Below, piece by piece: positions 39,391 to 51,394 of a stretch of DNA of 64,000 bases; the first letter of the stretch is position 1, and the number at the start of each line of letters is the position of its first letter. A program made the translations under genes and the position numbers. The notes beneath the pieces were generated by a model. The model saw only the letters and a list, made by a program, of their open reading frames with translations. It was not told the origin of the DNA and searched no databases. This stretch comes from Amphiscolops sp. MND2022 (lineage: Eukaryota): the NCBI GenBank assembly GCA_964187785.1, contig OZ076409.1, positions 94,800,001-94,864,000 on the forward strand, in the 5' to 3' direction.

Positions 39391-40055
39391 TATTTGTTGG
39401 TCCCGTTTTCTCACTTTCGGAGACATCAAGTCAGTATTCGGTGAAAAGGCGAGCAATGCTATGTAAAATTGTCTGAAAATCTTATTCACTAGTGTTCATC
39501 ACCATAAGGTCAACTGGGGCCTTTCGAATATTGCAGAAAGTAACTGGTACGAAATCGTACCGTCGTCAATTTAGGGTTAAGTTCAAGGTTAATCCGAGAG
39601 CTTGGGTTGCTCTCACAGGAAAATTTTACAATCAAAATTTTGTTGATGCTTTTATGTATGTTTCCAGGGTTCCCATGTTTAAAACATGCCGTGCTTTAAA
39701 CGCGTTTTAAACAGTTTTAAACATGACAGAAACCTTCATTTTGTTCAATTGTTTTCATTTCAGTTATAGATATTTTCAAGTTCCTGAAATCGCAAGTAAT
39801 CTTGGGTAATTTGGCGGAAAAAAATTGCTGTAAGTTTCTGATGGGCCGTTATTAAAATGCAAGGAGACTCTGTAGCTTGCAGTGTGACGTCACCGCCTCA
39901 ACAGACAGTTATGGGTTTATCAATTCCACGGAATATAGAGTTTACACTTTTTTCTAACCAACTTGGCTTCCAGACTCTTCTTAATTACGAGAAAACGGTG
40001 ACGAGAAAGACGTAAATAAAATAGATAGCAGAGAAAAACTACGATTATTATACTA

Positions 40056-40240
40056 CAGTCGAACTCGGATAAAAGAAACACGGATAAAAAGAAACATTCG
40101 GATATAAGAAACGTTTTCACTGCTCTGATTTTATGCAAGTCAAACTTTCTACGTTAATAGGACAACTGATAAAAGAAACTATGGATAAAAGAAACCCTTT
40201 TCTCACCGCCCAATGAGTTTCTTTTATCCGAGTTTGACTG
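40056..40240. mobile_element. Tc1/mariner/pogo-type MITE
   Basis: Near-perfect 24-bp TIR CAGTC(G/A)AACTCGGATAAAAGAAAC with TA on both sides. Confidence 0.85.
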
Positions 40241-40558
40241 TACCTGATAATACTTATTATTATTTATATTGAAAAGTTCGGATCACAGTATAATTTTGTT
40301 ATTCAACAGCTATTTCTACATGTATTAACCCACAACGACTCAGATTTAAAGAGATAATTCGGACCCAGATTCAGTTTCAAAAGGAATTAGGGCTCGAACA
40401 CGAGGGGTTTATGTACAGAACCGTTGCATGAAAACGAAGTACTCAAATTCGAACATTCAATAGGTTTTGAAGGTTTCCAGCGAAATAGCGATTTTGGAAT
40501 TAGCGGTTTAGCGAAAAAAAATTAACGATGTCAAAAGCATGCCCAGAGTACTACTAAC

Positions 40559-40728
40559 TGGAGTTAGGGTTGTACGGCTGAGTGGCCATTTTGTAGCAGA
40601 AGAGGGAGACGCTGAGAGTGAAGAGACCGGCCACTGACTTGTACAGATAGGTGACGCTGAAGATGATGTACAACAACACGTTGAACATGAAGTAGTTCGT
40701 TTGGTAGTACAACAAGTTCTTTTTCATC
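40559..40728 (-). CDS. ARL6IP5: PRA1-family protein, exon 2
   Basis: TTTCAG/GTTAGT boundaries; encodes (R)MKKNLLYYQTNY, the PRA1 signature, followed by a hydrophobic stretch. Confidence 0.92.
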
Positions 40729-42134
40729 CTGAAACGACACTTTATTCAAATTCAAATTTCCATCCCCCACTTCATTTTTAACTCTTTCCTGTAACACCCC
40801 AACATCAAAATTTTTTGAAGGAAATTTAAACCAGAGCCGCATGTGCGGTAAAGCAGTCGGATTAGGACGACCTTTTCCTTCTCACTCGCTCGAATCCCAG
40901 TCCCACGGTTTTGATGAAATTGTCCATATTAGGCCCTTATATGGTGTAGAATTACTATAGAAAATTTCGTTCGAATCGTATGAACATGTTTTGACAAAAT
41001 TGAAATTTTCATTGAAAGGTCAACCTGAAAATACATTAAAAATTGAAGCTTTGTGGTTTGGTTTCAACTCCTTTTGTTCTAAGTTTTTTCACCAACTTTT
41101 TCAATTGGCGGGTAACAGAAAAAGCCTCATTTTTACTCCAAAAACCTTGAATCCACAATCAACGAAAAGTCTTAGGAATAAACAGAATTAACGTCAAAAT
41201 ATTGTCGGAAACTTTAAATCAAACGATAGAAACAAGTAGTTATTGCTTTTTCACTGATTTATGATCCGTCAAACTATTTGAAGTTTGAATACGTTAGTTA
41301 TGAAACCACTATGATGAAAACACGAAGGTTTCATTCAATGCGATGAAGTCAGTAAAGTCTCCAGTACAAAGTTTTCCATCTGCTAGTGAAATTGCCAGGG
41401 TGCTGGATTTCCATTTAAGACAGCTACGACACTTCGAACTTTCATTTAATATTTACAATTTATATCCGTTTCAGTACAGAACGAAGGCTTTAATTTTGAA
41501 ACTGATTTTGTCCACTGAAAGCATCATTTAAAAATGAGAGCGGCTGAAACATCGCAAAAAAATCTCAATCAGCAGTCTGGAGATGCAAGTTTTCTCATCA
41601 CGGCTTCAATGTCGAGAATCTCGAACTGAGAAATGCGGAAAAAAACGAAATCATAAAAGACTTGTTAATTTTTTCCATTGTCGTAAACTGAGAACAAAAT
41701 ACCTGAGATTGAAAAGTTCCACCTAGAAATTTATCGAGTAATGTCTTTGAGCGAGGACCAGTAAGTAGTCTTGTACATTTTTTCAGTGTTGATTTGCAAT
41801 GGCTAGTTTATACACAGAGGCGAAGTGGTGCTTCGCAACACATGACGAAGACATCGATTATTTTAATATGCGTATATATTATTTTAATCGCATGCGTATA
41901 TATTCAACAGTTCAACTTTGTTCAATAACGTCCCTATGGCACAGTGGTCAACACTTATGCCGTGCAATCGGGGGGCTGCAGGTTCGAATCTCTCTGGGGT
42001 TTTGGCTTTTATCTAAAAGGCGCTCATTGTGAAGTTGACTATAGTGGAAAAAAAACTTACTTAGCTGGACTGCAATGCACATTGACTTCGTCATGTGCAA
42101 AAACAAGCATAATAAAATGAAACGACGACGTTAC

Positions 42135-42232
42135 CTTTTGTCAACTCCCCCGGGTTCTTTGAAGTCAGGGGCCTTGAAGGCGGCGCGGCTCCCCACAAAC
42201 TCATCGAAGCTTCTGAGGGGGGCGAGAACCAT
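42135..42232 (-). CDS. ARL6IP5: PRA1-family protein, exon 1 (whole gene 33690-42232, 196 aa)
   Basis: MVLAPLRSFDEFVGSRAAFKAPDFKE resembles the PRAF3 N-terminus (APLR.WDDF...F..PDF); donor AG|GTAACG. Exons of 98+170+165+158 = 591 nt join in frame. ARL6IP5 versus PRAF2 orthology is not resolved. Confidence 0.9.
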
Positions 42233-43788
42233 CGTAATGAAGGTAGTACAGCAACGATCGATCTAATGACTAGTTTTCAATCGAAAAACATACAATCTGA
42301 AAATTGCCAGTTCAATAAGACATGGAAAATATAATGGCAATTTTTGACACTATTTAACCAAAAACAACGCGGGGCCCAAATTTTCCTGAAAGCAAAAAGT
42401 AGCGAAAAAGTTTTTAAAAATGTTTCGGCACTTTCGAGATTAAAACATTTTAAACAATATCTCAGATAATCTGGCTCGCTGTAAAGTGGTTAGAAAATGT
42501 CGCAAAATCTGAAAATTTCAAAATTTGGGCACCGCGGTTGAGTTTTCCAGGAATTTCTGAACTTCAAATGCCAAAAGAATTCAATAGGGCGGCCATTGAA
42601 CTCATAGGGGTTGTTTCATATAGAAATATCAGAAAAATCAAAGCGAAGTTCTTCGCGGGAAACCTTTCTGCGGAAAAGGCCTAAAACGTTACATTCGAAT
42701 CATATACGTAATATTCGAATCTCGCACAATGAATATCTTGTATCAAAAATACAGTTGGTTAGCGAGGATGAAAAAGTTAGGCGCCTGTTAGATTCGAACC
42801 TAGCCTTACTGCCTGGCAACGCAAAGTACGAACTAAGCAACTGGGACGCTATTTGGTCAATATCTCGGCAGAGCTTGTTTGAAAAGTTATCCTGCTTGAA
42901 CTAAGAACTTTCTCTCGAGGAACGAAAAAAATTTTTTTCAACAAAAAAAGATATTTCTTAAGCCGCAAATATGAACTAGTATTTTGAAAACCCTACTTTA
43001 TTGCAATTACATGCGGCGAAAACTTTAAAGGCTCACAAAATTTCGGCAACTTCTTCGATTGAAACCAGAAACCCCCATGCTACATTTCATATTTCACATG
43101 CGCGCACTTGATGCACGGCAATAATTCTTAAAGCTAATAAGGCTATCGATAGCAAAAAAATTGGAGTTGAAATGATTGGTAAGTCAAAAATTTGGGCCAT
43201 AAACCATGGTGAGTAGTTAGTTGGTTGGTTCTCATTTGGGTTCATATTTTGAAAAACCTTTTTTTCAATACAGTGTGGACCTCTCGATTGAAAAATAATT
43301 TCTGCATGAGCTTCTATAATAGAGCAACCCGATCCAAAACCACTACTCAGCATTCTCCCTATGCAACTTTGATGCAAATAATAAAAAAAAAACAAATGAA
43401 GCAGTTTATAATTTATTTCGGTCGGAATAGAGTTTCATTTAGAATTGATTTGATTGAAAAAATAATGGGATATTACACTAACACAGTCAGTGTGACTTAG
43501 TACTATAGTGAATGGAAGAAAAGAAGCAAATTAGACTAGACTAGAGGTATAAGCATACAATAATTTATTTGTTACACATTAACAATACACAAATCTATTT
43601 TTCAGATATTTGATGACTTTCAAACTAGAATATTTGCCAGTCTGTTGCCAGCTATTTTCTGTGATGATGAAGCAAGTCTGGGCAGAAAAAAGTATCCGGA
43701 CCATCTTTGCCCAAGTATAAGAAGCAAGCTGTTTGTTGTGATGCCACGCTTTGCACGTGTAGAAGGCGTTGGGGTTAATGAAGCGAAG

Positions 43789-43820
43789 CTACCAATTGAC
43801 GTTTCTGGTCATTTTGGAAC
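43789..43820 (-). CDS. AVL9: AVL9 homolog, probable last coding exon
   Basis: CAG acceptor, phase-compatible, reads (G)SKMTRNVNW*; AATAAA lies on the minus strand at 43564-43569. Short, with no homology support. Confidence 0.5.
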
Positions 43821-44673
43821 CTGATTTAGAAAAAAAATCAAACTTCAGCCGGGGAAAATGAAAACACTGTAATAGACGTTACGTCATTTTTGAAAGGTCA
43901 AAACCGGATGAGACTAAAGGGTTTTTATTTTTTGGAAAGTTTTCAAGAATTATATATATTTGGCCAAAGAGCAGTGCTAATAGACACAAAATATAATGCA
44001 TTTTTTCTGAAAACGAAATTGAAAACGAAAATCGATCAGGACAATTTTTTCCCTAGGTTCGAGATATTTCAAGGAATCTCCGATTTTTTTAAAAAAAAAT
44101 GACATGAAATTTCGAAAAAACTCATTTCAACCAAAAATTTCCTTAAATTTGTAATTTCCAACTTTCTCAATATGGGTCGTAAATATTTCAAACAAACATT
44201 TTTGTAAACTAGATAAAATTCTAAGAGACATTTTAGCTGACAATTTTTGTATTCGTGACAGTTAGTGAGATATTTGGTTTTGAATTTTGTCATTTTGAGT
44301 AATGGAGTTGCAATATTTTAGAACGCTACTGTTATCAAAGTTGACTATCCAGTGTATTTTGGTCTTGTCTGAAACAGGCGAGAATAGTATTTTTCCTTCA
44401 ACTTTTCCTTACTTAAAATGATATAAAAAGAACAGCGCGAACCAAAACCCTGATTTGGTGTGGAGAGAGATTTCGTGCCCTTATTACAAGGAGGGCATGC
44501 CAGTGAAAAGAGTTTGGGTGTCAATACGCTGCAAGCTGCAGAGGAGCCTCCTTACAGTGTCAATAACGGTCCCGTAAAATAAATTTGGAAATAAGTTTTT
44601 CGGGCCTAAATAAAGGTTCCCTTTGAAAGCAGTGATGGAAAGAGTGAGATTAGTAATAGTGACGACGACTGAC

Positions 44674-44850
44674 CCTTGTTCCTGAAGTTTTCGAAGGCGG
44701 ATCTGGCGGCGGTGGCGACTGCCTTCTTGGTCTCGTTGTACTTGCGGTACCTCTCGGACACGGAGCTAGCGTGGGTCCACCTCAGCGACACGTCCTCCCA
44801 CTTCATGTTCAGGGCACCCGACAGGGAAGACGTGGCACCCACTGCACTCC
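44674..44850 (-). CDS. AVL9: AVL9 homolog, internal exon
   Basis: TTTCAG/GTCAGT boundaries, 177 bp; EDVSLRWTHASSVSERYRKYNETKKAVATAARSAF resembles AVL9 SDMKLRFSHS..SERG.K...KAV.....AF. Confidence 0.75.
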
Positions 44851-45459
44851 CTGAAACAAACAAACTCCGCCTAACATTTCAAGTTCTGACTCCATCATTA
44901 CAGCTTTTGGTCGGCGGCGGTTTTAGTTAACTGAAATCGCCAGACAATTACAGTCACTTCAGTTAGTTTTTCTGTAATATCCCATTCAACCCTAAGCAAC
45001 TTAATCTCCAATATTCATCTTAGAATGATTCTCTATTCATGTGAAATTGAGACTGAGTTGACTAAACATTTGATCGGCTTCTGATTCAATTGAAATCTAA
45101 TTTGCTTCACTTATCTTGGGATTGATTGTTCAGTGTCGTTTTCAATTGGCTGTCAACGCTGCGATGGTATTCAACTAAATTGGAATCCTATTCATCTCAA
45201 ATGAAAATTGGTGTATTATTTAAATTGGGATTAAGAAAGCATGGTTCAAAAATTAAAATCCAACGGTTTCTTGGAAAATCCTCAAAATCGTTCAAATTAC
45301 TAAATTTTTGTGCTGATTTACGACACTACTTTTTGAATTTATGTTGCTGAAATAGTTCACGCCTCAAAATATTCGATTGCTCAGTAGGCACCTTGAGTTC
45401 ATTGAATGCAGTTAACCTTTCGCCTCAATGTTGGTGTTGTTGCCCAATTGTTGTGATAG

Positions 45460-48360
45460 ATACCTAGTTCTTGTCATTACCCTATCGTCTAGATAGTGCA
45501 GGAACGCAAGTTCTCCTTATCTGTTGAGTCATTACCCACTTCGGTGTGCAGGAACGCTCAACAAAAAAGGTCGGGTTCTCAAAAAATCTTTCAACTTTTG
45601 TCTACTCGCATTTTTGTAAAAAAAAATCTAAAATGCCTCCAAAAAATTTCCTAGATACAGCCTCTAGCAAAAAGAAGTTTGAAGCTTACAAACAAAGAAC
45701 ACGAAGAAACTCAGCATCAAGTGCAACTTCAAATATACCCAATCCTGAAGACAGATACATCGGCCCAGCAGAAAGAACTCGACTGTTAAAAGAAAAAAGA
45801 AAAACAGAGAGACTGATGATTGACAAGATGATCACAAACACAAGAGAAGACTTTCCACCAATAGCTGGCTCCAGCAAACAACAGGAACAACAATCAAAGC
45901 AGGCTCAAAACCAAAAAGCCACAACCACAAGAAGAGCAGCAACCAGAACAGCAGCAGCCTCAACCCTAGCCCAACCTTGATAAAAGTCAAAACAGCTATA
46001 GTAACGTTGTCTGTAATCAAAAAACACAGTAGTAAACAGGATCTTCCGATTGAAAATTGTACCACCATTCCGAAAAGAACACATTGAAAACAAGAACACT
46101 CTCGAAACAGAAATAACAAAAGATTATGCTGAAATTCTGATACCATTCAGACCTCAAGTTAGAATGTACATAACAATTTCACGAACCATCGCAGAAAAGT
46201 GGGGGAAAAGAATGCACATTCTACATGCTACAGCCCCTGAGGAAGCAGAAGACGACATTGAAGGAATTAAAACAAATGATTTAGAAATAATGGGCCGAAC
46301 TGTGTTCCCAACTGGATATTTTTATCAAGTTAGAAACAGTCAATATTCTCGAAAAGTTTGGGTTAAAATAAACAACCTTCCATTTTTGTGCAGCGATGAC
46401 GTTACAGACTGAGTAACTGTAACTGAGCTTATTAGACCTCCCAGAAGGAGTTGTGATAAATGAAAACGTTACAAGAGAAACAATGCAGACAGAACATGGA
46501 ACCATTCACAATGGAAAAGCTAAACTGTCAGTTTCAGTCCAAGACGGCGAAAAGCTAAAGGAACTCAGACAATGGTCTCTAGAAACAAATCACGCTCGTG
46601 TCACGAAATGGTTTGAAATCCCAATCTACATGTCGACTCCAAGCCTGCATAAATGTGATGCTTGTGAAAAAGAAAATCGAAAATCATACATTGGCCACGA
46701 CATAACGTAGTGCAGGGTTCTAAGAAAACCTGAAAAAAATGAAGAAACTCCTGAAAGCTGCCAAGAATAAACGGAGAACTAGTCTCAAACTAACGAACAG
46801 GAAAATGAAGTATGGGCAGATGCACCCACAAAATCTTTTCCAAACCCAAGCAAAAAGAAGAATGAAAGGACTAAGTCGAAATCTGAAGAAACCACCAGCC
46901 CTTCCTTGATACAGAAAAATAAATTCCAACATCTTTCAACATCAAGTGATCAACCTGAGTCAATTCCAAACGTAACACCAACATTACAAAACCAGCCACA
47001 AACTACAATAAGCCCGCTGCACCCGGAAACACCTAGTGATGCACCCCTCGAAAGAAGCCACCATGGATGAAGTCGAAATTTTTTCAATTAACGCTAGAGG
47101 TCTAAGACGAATAAGACGAAATTGATTGAGGTTCGCAACATTGTTAAGAAAAACAAAAAAGTGAAACATTTTATGTACTCATTCAAGAAACTAAATTAGA
47201 GAAAATGAAACAGGAACTTCTCAAAATATTACAATACAACAATTTAGCCTTTCAAATCGTACCCTCTGTTAACCACAGTGGGGCCTATTAACACTTTATG
47301 AGAAAAACACAGAAAAAGTATCAGAATTCTGGCCAATTAGTCTTATTATTACGGATCAAAAAATTCTCTCTCACGTTCTATCTGAAAAACTCAAGCCTAC
47401 TTTATCGATACTAATTGGTAACCATCGAAATACGTATTTACAAAAGAGGAATATACACATTGCTACACGAAAAGTTCAACATTACACCCAAGAAACAACT
47501 CGAAGCCAATCAATTATTGCAATTAACTTTAGCAAAGCCTTTGATTGTGTAGAACGAAGTTTTATACAAAAACTAATTGAGAGAAGTCCACTTGATAAAT
47601 TTACCCAATGATTTTGCTCATGTACAAGACACATTCGGTTTCATTGGAATGAAAAATGGAATTTCTACAAAATTTAAAATTGATAGAGGAGTAATACAAG
47701 GTTGTCCCCTTTCAGCATTAATCTCCATACTATGCCTTGAACCCCTTCTGCAAAGAATCAAAAATCAAAATATATAAAATCAAAACAACAAACAAAATGT
47801 ATTGCCTACGCAGATATAACGATCAGTCTTTATAACAAATCTCTGAAAACTTTTGATTATACTGGACCATTTCAACGAAGTGGCAGGATTAGAAGTAAAT
47901 TTAACTAAAACTGAAATCCTTTCAAAAGCGGAAAATTGAATGTTTCGGAAAAAAAGTGAAAACAACAAAAATTCTTGGAGTATTCATTTCGCTAAATAAA
48001 AGTGTAAATACAAAAACGAAAAACGCAATAATGAATGCTTTTATCTCAGCGAAATGATTTATATTTAAAAATAGCTCATTCCGCGCTAGAGCCAGAAACA
48101 TTGAGACGTTCATCTAATCTAAGATAATTCACCATCTAAGACATGAGATTTTATCAAAAAGTTTTCGTCGCAAAGTTCAATCAAAAATAATAGACGTCTT
48201 CTGGCAGTACAAAAAACATAACATTAGAGAGGAAATTCTTGCGTTACCGATTGAAGAAGGCGGAATAAATCTAAAAGAGTTCTCAAAATGCTACTCAGCT
48301 GCGAAAATCATGAATTTGAAATTCCTAGCATTTAATCCAAAGGAAGAAAAATACCTCTAA
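45460..48360 (+). mobile_element. Degraded L1/Tx1-like LINE with internal deletion
   Basis: ORF1 remnants (45546-46710) with a C-C-H-C-like knuckle. ORF2 starts MDEVEIFSINARGL (~47063) and includes IQETK, then jumps to RT motifs FSKAFD, RGVIQGCPLS and YAD, with many stops. Confidence 0.8.
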
Positions 48361-49044
48361 TTTTTAAAACAGGTCAATGCGGGGCACAGTACTATTTCTG
48401 CTTCAGGCTTTCACGTTAAATAAAAGGAGCATATCTGGAACAACTTCTACAACGCTTTTGATTCTTCTCGGACTAAAGAAAATATAACTACTAAGCGTAG
48501 ACGAAGTTTCGCATTCGCATTTAAATGAAAACGAAGCTGTCGGAGAACGAATAACTTATACTTATTCGCTTCATCTCAATGCATTCGGCGTACGAATGCA
48601 TATTCAACACTCGCTCGTTCCATCGCATGAGAAATGAATTCTCGTCGGCAGCTTTAGAAAATTAAATTTCCCGCTTATACTCACTGCCGAACAAAATATC
48701 TGAATCTTAGTCAAAAGGTACTCGGATCACGAACACACTCGGCTTAAAAACAATTTCGTCTTCCGGTTTTACATTATTCCGAAATAATTATAAATGCAAC
48801 GAAATTTCTGGATTTGCTATTACTACAATTTCTTACGACGAAATTTCTGTCTTTCCTTTCTTGGACCATTTTAGTGGACAATATTGAAAGTGTTAAGTAC
48901 TGATTTCGACGCAATAGATGATACAGATTGATTCGATGCGATGTAGTTGCATGACAAAACTGAGAATAGTTTCATTGATACCCAGTCATATCATGTTTAA
49001 TCGTGTCGGCCAATTGCACGGCGGTTGGCATCAAACATTCAAAC

Positions 49045-49269
49045 CTGGATGCAGCATGGCATGCATGTCGAACTCGGCGGCCGCTGATTGGCTGGATCTG
49101 AGGAGAGAGTTGAGCCAATGGCGGAACGTGTCTGTCTTCTCGAATGCGCGGCAGTAGGGGCCGTAGAAGCAACTCGTCTGTCTGCCGTCCTTGTTCGCCA
49201 TGCACATCAACATGGACGACAGGTACAGGTTGAAGTTCAGACGAAGGTGCTGTTCGCTTCCGTCCCATT
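49045..49269 (-). CDS. AVL9: AVL9 homolog, internal exon
   Basis: TAG/GTTTGA boundaries, 225 bp, phase 1/1; WDGSEQHLRLNFNLYLSSML...YCRAFEKTDTFRHW...HP resembles AVL9 WEGGDEWIRAQFAVYIHALL...AWKNTHNYRVW...HP. Upstream exons were not found in the window. Confidence 0.8.
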
Positions 49270-49359
49270 CTACACACACACACACAATTGACAACAAAAT
49301 GGACCATGTTTCTACCCCCCCCCTACCCCCCTACCATTACGTCGTCATAATCCTATCTT

Positions 49360-50275
49360 TTACATTAAAAGGTGCAAAACTTTTTGGAAAACTTGAAATT
49401 TTCGAAAATTTTTTTCTTTCGGAAAATGTCGCACAGTGCCGAAAAATGTAAAAGATGGGACCCTTTTTGATTTCCAAACATGCATTCTGTTGCAAAATAA
49501 CAAAAAACTCAAAGGGGGGACCCTTTGGGGACATTAAAAATTTTCGGAAAATAGTCGCACAGTGCCGAAAAAAATCAAAAGAGGGGGCCCTTTAGCCTCG
49601 GCCGGTTTTGTAGGTTACGTTAAAAAAGTAAAAAACCAAAGGGGGGACCCTTTGGAATAACTTAGATGCGTTTCCGGGGTATTCGTTTAGTTTCCTTTAG
49701 TTGAAGATACTGAACGTTAACGTTCGTCGCTTCGAGTCTGTCTTAAATAAAACAAGACGAGAACGTCTAAAGTCGGCGCCATATCTAAGGCACAAAAAGC
49801 GCAAAAGATTTTTTTTGGAAAAAAATTGAAATTTTTGAATTTTTTTCAAAAAACGTTGCATAGTGCCGAAAAATGTAAAAGGGGGGACCCTTCTGGGTTT
49901 ATTAACATACATTCCGTTGCAAAATATCAAAAAACTCGAAGGGGAGAAAAAAATTCGAAAAAAAGTCGCACAGTGCCGAAAAAAACTCAAAGGCGTTTGG
50001 GGACCCTATAGTCTCGTCCTGTTTTGTATCTTACGATAAAAATGGACTAACTGAAAGGGGGACCCTTTGCACTATCTCAAATGCGCTGCCAGTATTTTAG
50101 TAGTACTGTAATTAGTAGTTGAACGTTAATTTTAACGTTCGTCGCTTCGAGTCTGTCTTAAAAGGAAAAAGACGAGTGGCTGTAATAGTCGGGCTCTTTT
50201 ATTAATAAAAGCGCCGACTAAAAAAACGAGTGACTGTAATAGTCGGGCTCTTTTATTAATAAAAGCGCCGACTAA
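49360..50275 (-). mobile_element. Nested HINE pair
   Basis: The inner copy starts at ~49751; two consecutive hairpin termini at ~50180-50225 and ~50230-50275 are the inner and outer ends. Confidence 0.72.
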
Positions 50276-50364
50276 TAAGAAACATGGCCCGAGAAAATGA
50301 AATTGATAAGACCTTCTTAAGTATGAAATTAACATGCAAAAGATGCTTTTTCCTGAACAGTCGT

Positions 50365-51062
50365 TTTAGTCGGTGCTTCATGAAGTGAAACGCGACTATT
50401 AGTGACTTTTTTTTCAAACCACACGAACTGACCAAAATAGTTCTTAAAAGTTCTACAAAACATTATTGCACCATTTGGCCTAGCGAAATGAACCAAAAAA
50501 GTTTTTCCTGTTTTCCCGCGTAACATACCATACCGGGCGAGACCAAAGGGTCCCCTCTTTCAATTTTTTTTCGGCACTGCGACTTTTTTTCGGAAATTTT
50601 TTCCCCAAAGGGTCCCTGCTTCAATTTTTTGCTGTTTTGCGACAGAATAGATGTTGGAAAATCCCAAAGGGTCCCCCCTTTCAGTTTTTTTCGGCACTGT
50701 GAGATTTTTTTCCGAAAATAAAAATTTTCCCCCTTCATTTTTTTTGATAATTTGCGACAGAATGGATGTTGAAAGACCCCAAAGGGTCCCCCTTTTCAGT
50801 TTTTCGGCATTGGGAGACTTTTTTTTCTAAAATTTGTTTTTTCTCCAAAGGAACCCCCCTTCAACTGCGACAAAAATGTTGACAATTTCGGAAGTGTCCC
50901 CCCTTTTAGCCCGTCAGGGGCTCGCGCTAGCGGGCCCCGGCGCGCCACTCGGTCCATTTTTTGGTTTTTCGATTTTCGAGTACTGTAAATTGACACTTGG
51001 AAGTCCTTTTGCTATTTTTGAGCCTTGGATATGGCGCCGACTTGGACCGGTCCCGGCTTGTT
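50365..51062 (+). mobile_element. HINE copy
   Basis: TTTTAGTCGGTGC...CGCGACTA start; GGCGCCGACTTGGACCGGTCCCGGCTTGTT end; body similar to 38527-39390. Confidence 0.75.
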
Positions 51063-51394
51063 ACTCCAAAGTTCAGCAGTGAATTAGGTCGCTTCAATTG
51101 AAAACACTGAAGAAGCGAAAACGAGGTAATACCCGAACTGAAGTAAGAATGAAATTGTGAGCCGTTGCTTTCTCAACAAAGAAGTTGGGTCGTCTGGAAA
51201 TGATCGAGAAAACATGGGTCATATCATGGAAAATTTTAGCTCGACTTTCATTAAATTTCATTTAGAGTTTCATTAGTATCAGAGTTTGGCGTCAGGGCGT
51301 TTTCCAATAAGCGCCGCTAAAACGGAAGTGAGATCTTTACTGTTAATCCCCCCAGTTAAGCGGTCAAGTGAAATATCATTGAAATATTTAGATG

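Noticed and set aside
40564..40842. ORF-track 92-aa minus ORF
   Set aside because: Wrong frame; the real coding frame is the PRA1 exon 40559-40728 (NLLYYQTNY).
41930..42000. Possible tRNA gene (also 42780-42850, 53630-53700, 30430-30515)
   Set aside because: A/B-box-like motifs are present but the stems pair poorly; treated as tRNA-derived repeats.
50160..50275. Apparent tandem duplication of a ~50-bp hairpin
   Set aside because: Explained by one HINE nested just inside the end of another.
51286..51394. N-terminal ~36 aa of the 530-aa RT ORF
   Set aside because: TTG start with no LINE similarity; probably flanking DNA that happens to be in frame with a 5'-truncated LINE.
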